Below are positions 46,070-58,100 of a stretch of DNA of 64,000 nt, one piece after another (the stretch's first letter is position 1; each line of letters starts with the position of its first letter). The notes below the pieces were generated by a model. The model made no database searches and was not told the DNA's origin. It was given only the letters and a program-made list of their open reading frames with translations. The stretch lies in the NCBI GenBank assembly GCA_964019335.1, contig OZ025721.1:186001-250000 (forward strand). Direction: 5' to 3'. Origin of the DNA: Diplonema japonicum (taxonomy: Eukaryota > Protista > Euglenozoa: Diplonemea). A program made the translations under genes and the position numbers.

Positions 46070-47572
46070 ATGCGTAATGGGTCCTTTGCAGACTCCGATG
46101 AGTCCACTCCTTCACAAGAGCGAAACATCGTAGGCAAGCGGTGGGAGGTGTTGAAGCACAAGCTGGGAGAGGGCAACTATGGGAAGGTGTACCAAGGGAA
46201 GGACCTGCAAACGGGTGCGCCGATCGCTGTCAAGGTGACCAACATGAAAAATCTGAGCAAGGACCTCCAGGAGCGGCTGAAGGGAGAAACAGAGATCCTG
46301 ACACAGGTTCGCCACCCGAACATCGTCACCCTCTATGACCAGCTGCAAAACGAAAAATACCAGCTTCTCATGCTCGAGTTCATGCAAGGCAAGGATATGC
46401 ACAAGTTCATGGTCCGAGGCCAGCCGATGAAACCCCACCTTACAAGAAGGCTCTTCGGTGATCTATCCAACGGCCTCCTTGAACTCCACAAGCGAAAGAT
46501 AATCCACAGGGATCTGAAACCTCAAAACCTGCTTCTATCCAGCACCGATCCGGAAACCGCGATTCTAAAAATCGCCGATTTTGGTTTCGCACGGTACCTC
46601 GGCCCGCGAGAGGACATGGCGAAAACAATCGCAGGTTCGCCTTTATACATGGCACCGGAGGTTTTAGAAGCAGCCGTTGGGAACGCTCCAAAGGGGTACA
46701 ACAGCAAGGCGGATCTTTACTCCGCAGGTGTTATTCTGTACCAGATGGTTCAAGGGGAACCACCATACAGTGCAATGACGCCGCACGAGCTTCTCCAGAA
46801 GCTAAAGGCGAACAAAAGAAAACCGGTTGTGACCTCGGAACCGAACCTGCGTGAGCTGCTCGACAGGTTGCTTCAACCCGACCCTTCAAGAAGAATGGGA
46901 ATGGAAGAGTTCTTTGTAGACCCATGGGTCATGCAATGCCTTTCCAGCCGACCATGGCGAGCGGCTGCTCAATCCGCAGCAACTGCCGCAATTGTTGCCG
47001 CGGTGGCATCTTGCAAACTCGGCGACTTTGGTCGGAAAAAAGAAACTGCGATATGGAGCTCGATACAGGAAAAGCTAACCGGGGCGGAGTTGATCGTGAA
47101 GGTGACGAACAGGATGTCGCCGTCGATGCCAAATATGATGTCCTTGTACATGCGAGCGTTGGATCTGGTCGGGTCTGCATGGGGTTCGCTTCACGGTGAA
47201 CGGCAGCTTCTCCTTTCGATGCTGAACGAGAAGGATTGGGTCACGGCTCGATCCCAGCTGAACGAGCTTTTCACAGCCTGTTCCGCTGTTCTTGCAGAGT
47301 GTTTCGACAAGATCACTCCTCCAGACGAGGATGCCGAGATCGAACCCGCCGATGACTTGCTTTTCACCCACGCCAAAGACCTATGCTTGCGAGCCTCTGT
47401 TGAAGAGGTCATTAACAATAAAGAAACTGCCTATGCTCTGTATGCCTTGGCCTTAGAAGTCATGCAGCACATCTCTTCTGAGGTCACTTCGGGCACCCAT
47501 TCTGTACAGCGGCTCACAGCGTCAAAGTGCATCGACATGATATCAAAACGAATTAGGAAGACGGCGTTGTAG
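46070..47572 (+). CDS. ATG1: ULK/ATG1-family Ser/Thr kinase
   Basis: GEGNYG, HRDLKPQNLLL, LKIADFGFARYL, GSPLYMAPE, helical MIT-like C-terminus. Confidence 0.82.
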   Translation: MRNGSFADSDESTPSQERNIVGKRWEVLKHKLGEGNYGKVYQGKDLQTGAPIAVKVTNMKNLSKDLQERLKGETEILTQVRHPNIVTLYDQLQNEKYQLLMLEFMQGKDMHKFMVRGQPMKPHLTRRLFGDLSNGLLELHKRKIIHRDLKPQNLLLSSTDPETAILKIADFGFARYLGPREDMAKTIAGSPLYMAPEVLEAAVGNAPKGYNSKADLYSAGVILYQMVQGEPPYSAMTPHELLQKLKANKRKPVVTSEPNLRELLDRLLQPDPSRRMGMEEFFVDPWVMQCLSSRPWRAAAQSAATAAIVAAVASCKLGDFGRKKETAIWSSIQEKLTGAELIVKVTNRMSPSMPNMMSLYMRALDLVGSAWGSLHGERQLLLSMLNEKDWVTARSQLNELFTACSAVLAECFDKITPPDEDAEIEPADDLLFTHAKDLCLRASVEEVINNKETAYALYALALEVMQHISSEVTSGTHSVQRLTASKCIDMISKRIRKTAL

Positions 47573-47994
47573 AGAGATGGGAGGTGGGGGGGGCGAGGAG
47601 GAAATTTGTTCTATAGTTTTTTTTTTTTTTTCTTCTATCCCATGTATTTTCCTTTTCTCCTTTTGGGTGCGCGAGGGAATCTGGAGCACGATGCGGCTGG
47701 CGAGCACTCCTCATAGCTAGCCAAGCGGGCAGCGACACTGGTACAAGATCTGATTTTTTTTCTTTTTTTTAAAAGCTCGTTTGTATTTTATATATGGGGG
47801 ATTCCCCCCCCTCCCCTTTTTTCTACCAAAGCTGTTAGCATCGATGCATTTTTTTTTTTTTTTTGTTACTTGAGGAGAAAGGTTCAAGTCTGGCCTTATT
47901 TTTGTCTTTTTTTTTTTTTTTTTTATCTTTCACGCCCATCTGGCAGAGTCTGGGGGGAAAAAAAAGTTACAGAGTTCAAGCTGGCCCCCTTGGA

Positions 47995-48030
<36 letters not shown>

Positions 48031-48378
48031 CTACCTACTGTAAATTTATTTTTCACCGTCCAAATCTTTTCTTTCTTTCCGTTTCTGGTGGAAATATAAG
48101 TTTAAACAATCCCCCCCCCCCCCCCCCCCTCCGCAGCCTGTGGTTGCGTTTCTTTTTTTCTTTTTCCCTTTCCTTTCTTTGTTTTCTTTCTTTCTAGGTG
48201 TGACTGGCCTCTTTTTTTTTTTTTTTTTTCCCTTTTTTCTTTTCTTTTTTTCTCTTACCAAAAAAAAAAAATATTCTTTTTTTTTTCTCTCTTCTTTTTT
48301 TTTTTTTTTTTTTCATTTTGACTTTCCAAAAAAAAAAAAAAAAAAAACAAGCAAGGAAAGGGGTTCGAGCCCCCCCCC

Positions 48379-49053
48379 ATGCTGTGGTCCCCGGTTCTGG
48401 ATGACGACAGTGGCTATAGTGATATATATGAAGAAAATTATGGGGGCTATGGGGGTTACAACTATCAAGGGACGACCGCTGACGAGATCTTGGGCGATGT
48501 TGTAAAAGCCGCCTGCAGCAAGAGCAGGGAACGGGGTGGCAGCAGCAGGGCGGCAGTGGTGTACAGAAACATGTACGAGACCTACCACTCCGCCACATCT
48601 AGCGAAGAAATAGCCTCGCTGGAGGAGAGGCAGCATCATCTCGAATCGCGAGCTGAGGGGCTGCATGAAGCTGTGCACCGGCTAACAGGGGTGCTCATGG
48701 CGAAGGGTGGTGATGGAACAGGTCGGGTGTCGCCAGTGCCGCCTTGTGGTAAGGAAGATGTACGGCCTTCCCAAGGTCCTTTGTCTCTGCTTCTTGAAAG
48801 CGTGCCCACTACTACCCCCGCAGAGCGCCTTAAACTTGACTTCATCAACCCGACGGCAGCCCACCACCCTGCTGTTGCCTCGCCTCTTCCTTCTTCTTCC
48901 CCTTCGCCTTTAGACATGCATGTGGTGTCTTCCCCCACCAAGTCTGTCAGGGGGCGGGCAAGAGGCCGAACAGCCTCCGCAAGCCCTTCTCCTCTTCCTT
49001 CTGCTGCAGCCGGGATGTCCAATGGGAACCCTACCTGTCCTGTACACATTACG
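48379..49053 (+). CDS. Hypothetical protein exon (probable donor GTATGG at 49054; may join 49446-50192)
   Basis: Coding-like ORF with a short coiled coil and a Ser/Pro-rich region. It runs into homopolymers after GTATGG. Confidence 0.5.
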
Positions 49054-49145
49054 GTATGGTGCTTTTTTTTTTTTTTTGCTTTGGAAGAAAAAAAAAAAAA
49101 AAACTGCAGCCCATTCGGAGTAATCGGCGTTCTAATAATTGATTG

Positions 49146-49230
<85 letters not shown>

Positions 49231-49445
49231 TTGGAAAATGTAGATTTTTTGCTTGTTCTTTCCCCCTCCCCCCCCCCTTTTTTTCTTCTAGACGTTATTG
49301 ATCTATTATAAGTATTTTTTTTTATTATTCAAACCGACAAACCCAAAAGAAGATAGGAAAGGGGCACCGCAGATCGGGCTCCTTCAGGGAAATATATATT
49401 TCTTTTCTTCTTCTTTATTTCCTTTGAAGGGGAAGGGGGGAGGGT

Positions 49446-50192
49446 ATGGAACCTGAACTCGTTCGAACCCCTATGGACATACAAATGGAAGGAGCTACCG
49501 ATGAGAAGGACAATATAATAAAAGACCTTCGGGAGCAGCTGAAGAGGTGCGAGGCCATCGGGCGGAGGGAAACAGAAGAGGCCCTAAGAGTGACCCAGGA
49601 CCTGATAGGCCAGCTAAAGATGAGGGAAGAATTGTGCGAGAAGCTGAGAGAACAGGTAGAAGGGTGCGAAAAAGAGAAACTCGCAGTTGTGGAGATAAAT
49701 GCACGTCTTGAGGCCGGGATGAAGGACAACGAGGCCCAGTGGAATTTAGAAAGAACGAATTTAACAACTGCCTTTAGAACCTTGAAGACAAACATCGATC
49801 AGATGGTTAAAAGACTTGACTTGCAGCTTGAGGAGCAGGAGGCTCTGCGTGAGGCGGAAAAAAGAAACTGGGAAGCTCGAGAAGCTGACCTCCTAGCCCA
49901 GATACACTCACACTCTACCCCGCAGCCACAGCAGCACGGTGAGATGGCCGCCCTCTCCAAAATCGAGGCGCACCTCAGCACCCTCAGCAGGTCTTCACCA
50001 GACGCCTCGCGACTTCAAAGTCTCGTCTCTGCAAAGCTGCAGGAGCTTGACAGGAAAACCAACAGTTTTCCAGCCACCCCACCGCACCCCCAGGCCCCGC
50101 CTGCAGTCTCACCCTCAAAGGCCATCATCGACGACCTGACACTTGACCTCAACAAGAAACTCAACGCTCTTAACGCCATGGCGGGTGTTTAG
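49446..50192 (+). CDS. Coiled-coil hypothetical protein (own gene or 3' exon of the 48379 gene)
   Basis: 248 aa heptad-rich ORF. An in-frame acceptor could not be resolved. Confidence 0.6.
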   Translation: MEPELVRTPMDIQMEGATDEKDNIIKDLREQLKRCEAIGRRETEEALRVTQDLIGQLKMREELCEKLREQVEGCEKEKLAVVEINARLEAGMKDNEAQWNLERTNLTTAFRTLKTNIDQMVKRLDLQLEEQEALREAEKRNWEAREADLLAQIHSHSTPQPQQHGEMAALSKIEAHLSTLSRSSPDASRLQSLVSAKLQELDRKTNSFPATPPHPQAPPAVSPSKAIIDDLTLDLNKKLNALNAMAGV

Positions 50193-50338
50193 AAATAAGA
50201 AAAAGAAAAAAAAAAAAAAAAAATTAGACAAATCTTTTCTGTTCCCCTCCTTTTTTGTTTGCTCTTAAACCAATTCTTATCCAGGAAGGGAGGGGGAGCG
50301 CGAGGTGTGAGGGGGGGGGTAGAGGAAGAAAAAAAAAG

Positions 50339-53300
50339 ATGCGACACCCGACACTGATCCGACTGACGTTTTTCTGCCTCTGCTTCCGACAATCCGCTCA
50401 AAAAGTCTGCACCCTTGAACAGCAGCAGACCGACAGGGTTGCAAAGGACATGATCGAGAGCCCTGTTGACGTAACGACGCAAACAAACGTTGATTTCAAA
50501 GTGAAGCTCCACTGGGGCCCCATGGACAAACACCCATACACACACGAGGTCTTCGAGGTAGGCTGCGGTGACAGAAGCACAACAGTCGAGAGCAACGAAG
50601 GGGTCGTCAGTGCGTTCACCAACAATTGTTTTTACCAGGGTGGCGTGGCGACGCAGGGCACGGGGAACACACCGGGAAACGAGGGGTGCGACACTTGGGT
50701 GGAGCTGTCTTGGAACGACGACGGTTCGAATTACACTCTGCTGTCTTTAAACAGCAAAGGGGAACCGTTGTGGGTGGTGCACTCCATCCTAAACGCACAA
50801 GCGGCGATGGATGTAACCAACTGTTATGCCCCGACAGAGACGGAGTGCGCTGCGAGGAACCAGCGACATAACTGCGCTTGGCAACCGCCTGGCCACAACC
50901 CCACTCTCATCACAGGCTCGAATCAAGCCAACGGTCGTTGTGCTGGAAACAACGCTGTGACAGGGTTCCTCGATCAAAATTTTCACGGGCCCATCGACCT
51001 CAACCCGCAGCTGGGGTCGCAAGCCAACCAGCCCGGTGTAGGCAGCGGGCAAGGTTCCTCATGGTACGCGGGGACCCTTAAAGAGTACGCGTCGCAAGGT
51101 CAGCAGCTTCAAGGCACCGATCGTATCAGTTTCATCCTCTTCAAGAATGATGTTCCTGACCACCCGCCGGTCCCGTGGCTCCCCGTGCCTGCTAACCTCC
51201 ATCTCTCGTATAAATCACAGTTTATCAAACCCGTTGGCGTGCAGTGGTACTGGACCCACGGGTTGGACAAATATGGGCTGTCGTACACACCGCATGCATG
51301 CAGCATCGTCCCCTCCAAAGCGGTGTGGAACGAAAGCGTGAGCATTTCGTTTGATTGCGTTGACTGCCAAGCAAGGATTCGACGAACAACGGGCTCGCTC
51401 CCGTTGGGGTCAAGCGACACCGATCCGTCCAAAGCATGGGATGGGAAAGAGGACACCAGCTATGGTGCGTGGGACCCGAGCGGGGTATTCGTCAGAGCGG
51501 AGCTCGAGAGACCCGTTGCCTTGACACGGATACGGTTCAGACCCGTGCAGAACGCAGAGGGGGCGATGCTGAACGGAAGGTTCCACGGGCTGCCAAAACA
51601 CCCCGCCACTACCGAAGAGGTTCTTGCCGTGATCACGCAGACACCGAACCCATGGCCTCAATGGACGGAGCTTTACATACATCACACAACAACGCAGTTC
51701 CATTACGTGACGTACAATGGCCCAGCAGGGTCGCACGGCCGTGTGGCCGACATCGAGGTCTTCTACAAATGCCTGGGATCGCATAGCACCGAAACCAACG
51801 TTGTGAAGGCGGTCCGGGCAGGCGAGGACTGCAGCGCTCCCGCCGTGTACGGCACGACAGAGGACAGGACAGATTTGGAATGCTTGTTCCGCCCCTCTGA
51901 TGAGTGCTACGCGCACAATGAATGTCTTTGGGACACGGCACAGTCTCTCTGCAGGCAGAAAATACCCGCCTCCAGACGAAGCTTCACCTTCACTGGTGAC
52001 GGGAACAACGTGCAAGTGAACTTCTGCTACGAAGGGAAGACGATATGGCCGAATGGAACGCTGACCTTAAACCCACCCACAACACCAACACCCACCATCG
52101 ACACCCCAACACCTGCCAGCCCACCTTCGATGGCCACGTTGACACCACCGATTATCGGTCCGCCTGTAACACCGTACCCTGTGTATACATCGCCTCCTAA
52201 TACACCTGCACCTGCGACAGGGGCTCCACAGCCGACCGCGGTTCCCGCTGTGACGCAGGAGCCGACTCTGATGCCTGCGACTTGGGAACCCCAACCCACA
52301 GCGCAGCCCACAGAGGTGCCTCCTGTTATCACGACCCGCCCACCGCTGACCCCGTCGATGTTGGCATTGAAACCCGTTTCGAATGGGGAGGTGTACGGGT
52401 ACCTCCACGCTGCGGAGTGGGTCTGCACGTCTGATGTTCCTTGCAGAACGGTGATTCTGACACCAGTCGAACCGGCCAACGTGGTGGGTGTGCTAGGAAG
52501 CGTGCAATGCAGGCTGTTGGACAGTCGAGGCGTCTTCCGGCAACCCCCGTTCGGGAAGCACAGCACGGACACGACACTGACGGGCACGTTCAGCACGATG
52601 GACACTGGGAGGGCGGTGTTCTTGGAAATGACGGCGAGCATGCCTTACCAGATCGACAGTACGTTCAAAGTGGGTTGCACGCTCACAGCCAACGGTGTCG
52701 TGGGGGTCGAGTACATCCACGATCTACTTGTTAAAAGCGACGACGGCAGCTCGAGCATGCCCCGTTCCATCTTTCTCCGCCTCGGTGCCGAGGGCCCCGC
52801 GGACCTTCAGTACATCAAAAACACAATCGCACGACACCTCAACATCAACACCGCCTTGGTGAGCGTAACAGGGTCCACAGCACGGAAGGGGGTCACGCTT
52901 CAAGTATCGGGTTTGAAATGCACGCCGGACCCATCGACGACACGTTCAGTGGGGGTGTATGTGCAGGTTCCGGAACAGAAGATAACAGAGCTTTTGAAAC
53001 TGGTGACGAATACGACCTCGGAGGTGTCGAGGGATCTGTGCGGTGTGATGGAAGCTTTTGCTAGCCATGACTTTGGAGTGGTGTTCCCTGGTCCGGGGCT
53101 TCCTTTACCTGGAACATCAGGACCTTCAGGGGTAACTGTCTCACCCTCGTCTTCGGGGGCATCTCCTCCTCCTTCATCGTCTAACGGCGATACCGTCACC
53201 ACCGTGGTTCTCGTTGTGTTTGCTGTTGCTGTTGCATTTTGTCTCTTTGCTGTGTGCGGGTTTTTCTATGTACGAAGGAGAGGGGAGGAGAAGGGGAGAA

Positions 53301-53482
53301 AAGACGATCCGCACCCTGACGAGAACCACGGTGCGCGGGCAACGGCTACCGTGTCGGCCGCAACGACAAGCGAACCGCCGATGAACCCCATCCTGTGGTC
53401 CTTCCCGGACCAGGAGAAGAACTTCCACGACGAGGTGGTCGAGGTGCCTTCGAGCGAGAGTTGCGAAGCGAAATTTGTTTAG
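50339..53482 (+). CDS. Type I membrane/surface protein with a discoidin (F5/8C)-like domain and Pro/Thr-rich stalk
   Basis: Signal peptide, KAWDGKEDTSY..LTRIRFRP..VADIEVF galactose-binding-like motif, PT-rich linker, TM VVLVVFAVAVAFCLFAVCGFFYV followed by RRR. Confidence 0.78.
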   Translation: MRHPTLIRLTFFCLCFRQSAQKVCTLEQQQTDRVAKDMIESPVDVTTQTNVDFKVKLHWGPMDKHPYTHEVFEVGCGDRSTTVESNEGVVSAFTNNCFYQGGVATQGTGNTPGNEGCDTWVELSWNDDGSNYTLLSLNSKGEPLWVVHSILNAQAAMDVTNCYAPTETECAARNQRHNCAWQPPGHNPTLITGSNQANGRCAGNNAVTGFLDQNFHGPIDLNPQLGSQANQPGVGSGQGSSWYAGTLKEYASQGQQLQGTDRISFILFKNDVPDHPPVPWLPVPANLHLSYKSQFIKPVGVQWYWTHGLDKYGLSYTPHACSIVPSKAVWNESVSISFDCVDCQARIRRTTGSLPLGSSDTDPSKAWDGKEDTSYGAWDPSGVFVRAELERPVALTRIRFRPVQNAEGAMLNGRFHGLPKHPATTEEVLAVITQTPNPWPQWTELYIHHTTTQFHYVTYNGPAGSHGRVADIEVFYKCLGSHSTETNVVKAVRAGEDCSAPAVYGTTEDRTDLECLFRPSDECYAHNECLWDTAQSLCRQKIPASRRSFTFTGDGNNVQVNFCYEGKTIWPNGTLTLNPPTTPTPTIDTPTPASPPSMATLTPPIIGPPVTPYPVYTSPPNTPAPATGAPQPTAVPAVTQEPTLMPATWEPQPTAQPTEVPPVITTRPPLTPSMLALKPVSNGEVYGYLHAAEWVCTSDVPCRTVILTPVEPANVVGVLGSVQCRLLDSRGVFRQPPFGKHSTDTTLTGTFSTMDTGRAVFLEMTASMPYQIDSTFKVGCTLTANGVVGVEYIHDLLVKSDDGSSSMPRSIFLRLGAEGPADLQYIKNTIARHLNINTALVSVTGSTARKGVTLQVSGLKCTPDPSTTRSVGVYVQVPEQKITELLKLVTNTTSEVSRDLCGVMEAFASHDFGVVFPGPGLPLPGTSGPSGVTVSPSSSGASPPPSSSNGDTVTTVVLVVFAVAVAFCLFAVCGFFYVRRRGEEKGRKDDPHPDENHGARATATVSAATTSEPPMNPILWSFPDQEKNFHDEVVEVPSSESCEAKFV

Positions 53483-53604
53483 GTTCTTTTATTTTCTTTT
53501 TTTTCTGCTTCAAAAAAAGTTGTAGGCTTTGTTGTTTATTATTATTATCCCCCTCCCTTCGACAAAAAAAAAAAAAAAAAAAAAAAAAGTGGAGGAAAAA
53601 AAAA

Positions 53605-54102
53605 ATGTTTACACGAGGGTCACCCGTTAGATGGCCACCCGAAGATAATGAAGAAAGCAATGACAATGACGATGAGGTCGAGGAGTTGATGGCGATGGCG
53701 GCTTTGCGTCAGAGTACAGTTGAAGGAGGGGGTGGAAGCAGGGTGGCAAGGAGGAGAAGGCACCACCACCATTACAGAAACCATTCCCACGGGCACGACC
53801 ACAGGGCTCTGGACTTGGACGAAATGTCATATGAGCAGCTGCAGGAGCTCTGTGACCACATGGGCAGTGTCAAGATCACACTCGGCCCAGAGCTTCTCTC
53901 CCTCCTCCCAGCGCTCCCTGTTCAGGAAGGGGAACATTTTGTATGCGCAATCTGCACAGAAGAAATGGTTCCGGGTGAACATCGGCGGTCGCTCCCATGC
54001 AAGGACATGTACCACAAAAACTGCATCGATCAGTGGCTGCTTAACGAAAAACCCACATGCCCTGTCTGCCAGATGAATCTAAAGGAGGTTCTTGATGATT
54101 AG
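53605..54102 (+). CDS. RING-H2 E3 ubiquitin ligase
   Basis: DEMSYEQL motif and CAIC..LPCKDMYHKNCIDQWL..CPVC. Confidence 0.88.
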   Translation: MFTRGSPVRWPPEDNEESNDNDDEVEELMAMAALRQSTVEGGGGSRVARRRRHHHHYRNHSHGHDHRALDLDEMSYEQLQELCDHMGSVKITLGPELLSLLPALPVQEGEHFVCAICTEEMVPGEHRRSLPCKDMYHKNCIDQWLLNEKPTCPVCQMNLKEVLDD

Positions 54103-54157
54103 GTGAAAGGGTGGGGGAAAAAAATAGAATCTATAAGCGCATCTCTGGAAAAAAAAA

Positions 54158-54400
54158 AATAGCTATTTATTGCCAATAAAATTATGAGTCATTATTTAAC
54201 TCGAGTTTCCGAATAAATGGTAACGAGTGTTAAATAATGGCTCATTTGGCAAGTAAGTCGTTTTATTTCACTCTTCGTCATTTGAGTCACTCACTCTTCA
54301 CTGCTTTCACTGCTGTTCACGCAGGTCAGCTTTTTTTGGGACTTTCGCGTTAAATTATGAGCCCCCCCCCTCCAGTGAGTGAAGAAAATGACGAAGAGTG

Positions 54401-54431
<31 letters not shown>

Positions 54432-54880
54432 GAATCGTGACTTTATGCAACATTCTCCTTTCTTCTAACTGTGTGCTTTTGGAAGGGTAAGAGAGAAAAA
54501 TAGAAGAAGGAAAAAAGCAAGAAAAGAGAGAACAATAATATATTAATAAAAAAAAAAAAAAAAAAAAAAGGGGCTGGTAGAAAGAACGCGACTGATGGCT
54601 CGTTTTTAGCGATCTTTCTTCCCGCACCGCCTCTTTTTTACTTTTCCCTTTTTCTTTTTTTTTTCTTTTTTTTCCCCTCCTTTCAAAAAAGGAGGACTAC
54701 CGACTATTTCTTCAATTTATATTTTAATCTCACTTTTCAGAAAATTTTATCTTCACTCCGGAAGCCCCTATTATCTTATTGGTAGAGTCTCATAATTTGA
54801 TTTCCGGGGCTCATAATTTGATTTTTTGGCGGTTCTCGAGTGAAATGATGGCCATAATATGTTGGCAATAAATAGCTATT
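54158..54880. mobile_element. Inverted-repeat-bounded element related to the TOP1 intron 1 repeat
   Basis: About 46-bp imperfect TIR AATAGCTATTTATTGCCAA..CTCGAG at both ends. The interior 54218-54405 matches 11156-11285 and 11555-11610. Confidence 0.6.
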
Positions 54881-55180
54881 AAAAACTTTGAATTGTCATT
54901 CGTGTTATTTTAAAAAAAAAAAAAGAGAAAAAAAGAATCGGCGGAGAGCAGGTCTAAAAAAAGGGGGGGTACTTTGCCCCCCCCCAAGAAAATACACCCC
55001 CTCCCCTCTCTCCGTTATTCCTTTATCTCCGAAATGCTGACCCTCCCCCTCCCCATTCTATTTAGTCTATTTTTTTTTTTTTTCTTCTTCTTCTTCGTCT
55101 TTTTTGTTTTCTTCTTTTTTTTCTCTTTTTCCCAACCCAATGTCCACGTATAGGTGTGCGAGGGGGGGGGAGAGAAGTGA

Positions 55181-58100
55181 ATGCAAGATGAAAAAACCAG
55201 CGCGGAGAGGGTTCTCGCGCTGCTGCCGCACGTGGTGATCCCGCGGTTAGGGGAGAAAGAAGAGGTGTCCTGGGTGAATGAGTTCCAAGGCAGCCTGCTG
55301 TTCATCGACATCGCCGGGTTCTCATCCGTCGCTTGCATGCTGCAGAAGTTCACAAATGAAGGAGCGGAGGCGCTCTCCTTCCACCTCAACGGATACTTCA
55401 CAAACCTCATCGGCGTGGTGAACCGACACGGAGGGGACGTCATCTTCTTCTCAGGCGATGCCATGATGGTAGCATGGAAGGGGATCCCGGTACCCGTCGC
55501 TGCTTCCACAGCGCTGTCATGCGGTGCAGCGTTGTTAAGCGAAACCAGCGAATACTCTTTTACAATAGAATCGGACACAGGTCAACCAACTGTATCCTGC
55601 ACCATGACCCTCCACATCGGCGGCGCGTGCGGTTCAGTCCATGGAATGCTGGTCGGCGGAAAAGGTGCACCGAATCTGGGGAAATGGAAATACCTTCTCG
55701 TTGGGAAAACAGTTGAAACTGTCGGTCTCGCCGCATCTGCAGGTCAAAACGGGGAATTGGTCGTCACACAGGAACTGATCACAGAGGCGAGAAAAAACTC
55801 TTCACAAGCGCTGACCAGCGAGGTTGTGTTCGGTGGGATCGCTTTCAGGTTGTTTAAGTCTTTCGTTAAAGAGCCGAAGATCCCGAACAACCTCGTGCAT
55901 AAACTCCCAACATTGTCCAACGAGTCGCTTTCCAGAGCGGTGATGTACGTGTTCGACACCGTGATAAAAGCTGTGGAATCGGCACCATCCCAACCAGGCG
56001 AGCTTCGGACGGTTTCTACAGCGTTCATCAAGCTGTCGGCCATCAACATCAATGAGGACCCTGTTATAATCCACGGGAAGCTCAACACTGCCGTAGGCAT
56101 CATCCAGTCCCAGCTTTCAAAGTTCGACGGGATTCTGAACAAAGTCATGATGGACGACAAGGGCATTATCTGTCTGTGTTTGTTCGGGATACCTCTCCAC
56201 GGGCATGAGAACGACGCCGTACGCGCTGTTTGTTTCGCGATGAAGTCTGCGAAAAAGCTCCATAAGGCGATCGGCGTCGTTTCCATAGGCATCTCCCGTG
56301 CCACGGTTTTTTGCGGGCTCACCGGGTCCCCGGACCGTAACGAATACACAGTGCTGGGAGACGGCGTCAACATTTCCGCAAGGCTGATGATCAAAGCGGA
56401 AGAGTTCTCCCCAAAGAAACGACACATCATCATCGACGAAGAAACAACAAGCGCGAAGGGCATGGACAAGCTGTCCGAACAGGACATCGCGATCATTGAA
56501 GGCGACTTTCTGATTCTGAAGGGACAGGACGTTCCTGTCAAGCAGTACCACGTGGTGACGAACAAAGACAGGCAGCAGACGCTCCAAAGGGTCATGGGGG
56601 AAGAGTGTTCGACTTCGGATGAATCCGAGATAAAGAGCCCGTCAAGCAGGTCCTCACAGAACTCACTGACTTCGTTGGACTCTCAGATCAGCAGATCGAG
56701 CAGGGCCACTGGGAAAAACAAATCAGCAGCCGCTTCGCTTCTCAACTTTGAGAACGCACGCCGTCGACAACGGAGGTTCTCGCAAGACTCGGAATCGAAT
56801 AGCGACACTGCAAGTCCGAACCGTTTAGCACACAGTTCGAGCAGCACAGGGTCGAGCCACCAACTCAAACAAAAGCCTCGGATCCGACCCCCCACGCGAC
56901 AGCGGCGATCGAATGGCGGGATGTCCCCACAAAACACGCACAACTCTTCAAGTTCCTCAATGCTCCTCGACAATCAAAGCCTTCCCAGCGCCGAAAGCAT
57001 CACTCTTTACGGAAGACAGCAGGAAATCCTGGACATCAAAAGAATCGCTGACGAGTGGATCACCAAGAACGATGGATGCGGCGCGTCAATCATTCTTTCC
57101 GGCGAAGCGAAGATCGGGAAGACCGAGGTTCTCAACAAATCGTGCAGCGTCATAGAACTCCCGAAGGTTTACATGCCGTCGGTCGATACGTCTGTAAAGG
57201 AACAGTACATGTCGCTGAAGGGGCTGGTCATGAACATGCTTAGAGAAACACAGATAGAGTGGCTGATCGAGAATTTGAACCCCGAAGCAAAGAAACATCT
57301 TCCGCTTTTGCATCATGTTGTGAGGCTTCCAGAGATACCGCTGCCGGAAGGGAAGTTGAGCAGCATGCAACAAGGCGAGGGTGAAACATTGATAAACCAG
57401 CTTGTCATCGAGCTTGTCAAGTGCCAGTACGGGCCCAGGATTATTCTTGCTGTCGATGATATGCAGTGGCTGGACGACACGTCTGCTGGGTTTATCTCGG
57501 ATGCTTTCGACAGCGGGTTCTTCATACTGGGGACGCTCCGCTTGGACTGTATCGACAATAATATGGGTCAAACCGACATGGTGTCCATCATCACAGGGTC
57601 CTACGGTGATGATAGCGAGGAAACTGAGGTGCTCCCTCTTGTCGGGCAAGGTCTCGGACACCGCAAGCTTCACGATAGTGTCTTGAACGGCCCGAACTGC
57701 ACCACAATACCCATTACCCCATTGAACCAAGACAACACCGCTGAACTGATGAAATCAATTATAGAATGCAACGATTTCGACCACTCACTGGTTGCGCAGG
57801 TGTGCGAGAAAGCAGACGGCCTCCCAGGATGCATCATTGAAATGACCCGCGCGCTTGAGGACGAGGCACAGGTCACCGTCAACGTCCTTGGAACAGTTTA
57901 CAAAACGCTTGACGCGGACGTCGATGGTCTTCTTTCCTCCGTGATCCCCGATTCAATGGAGGCAGCTGTCATGAGAGATGTGGATAAACTGTCGTTGCAA
58001 GAGAGAAAAGTCATTTCGATGGCGGCCGTGCTCGGTTCCGTGTTCCATTATGGTTTGTTGTCCGACTGTCTTCTTCAGGAGAAGCATTCTTTGGACAGCG

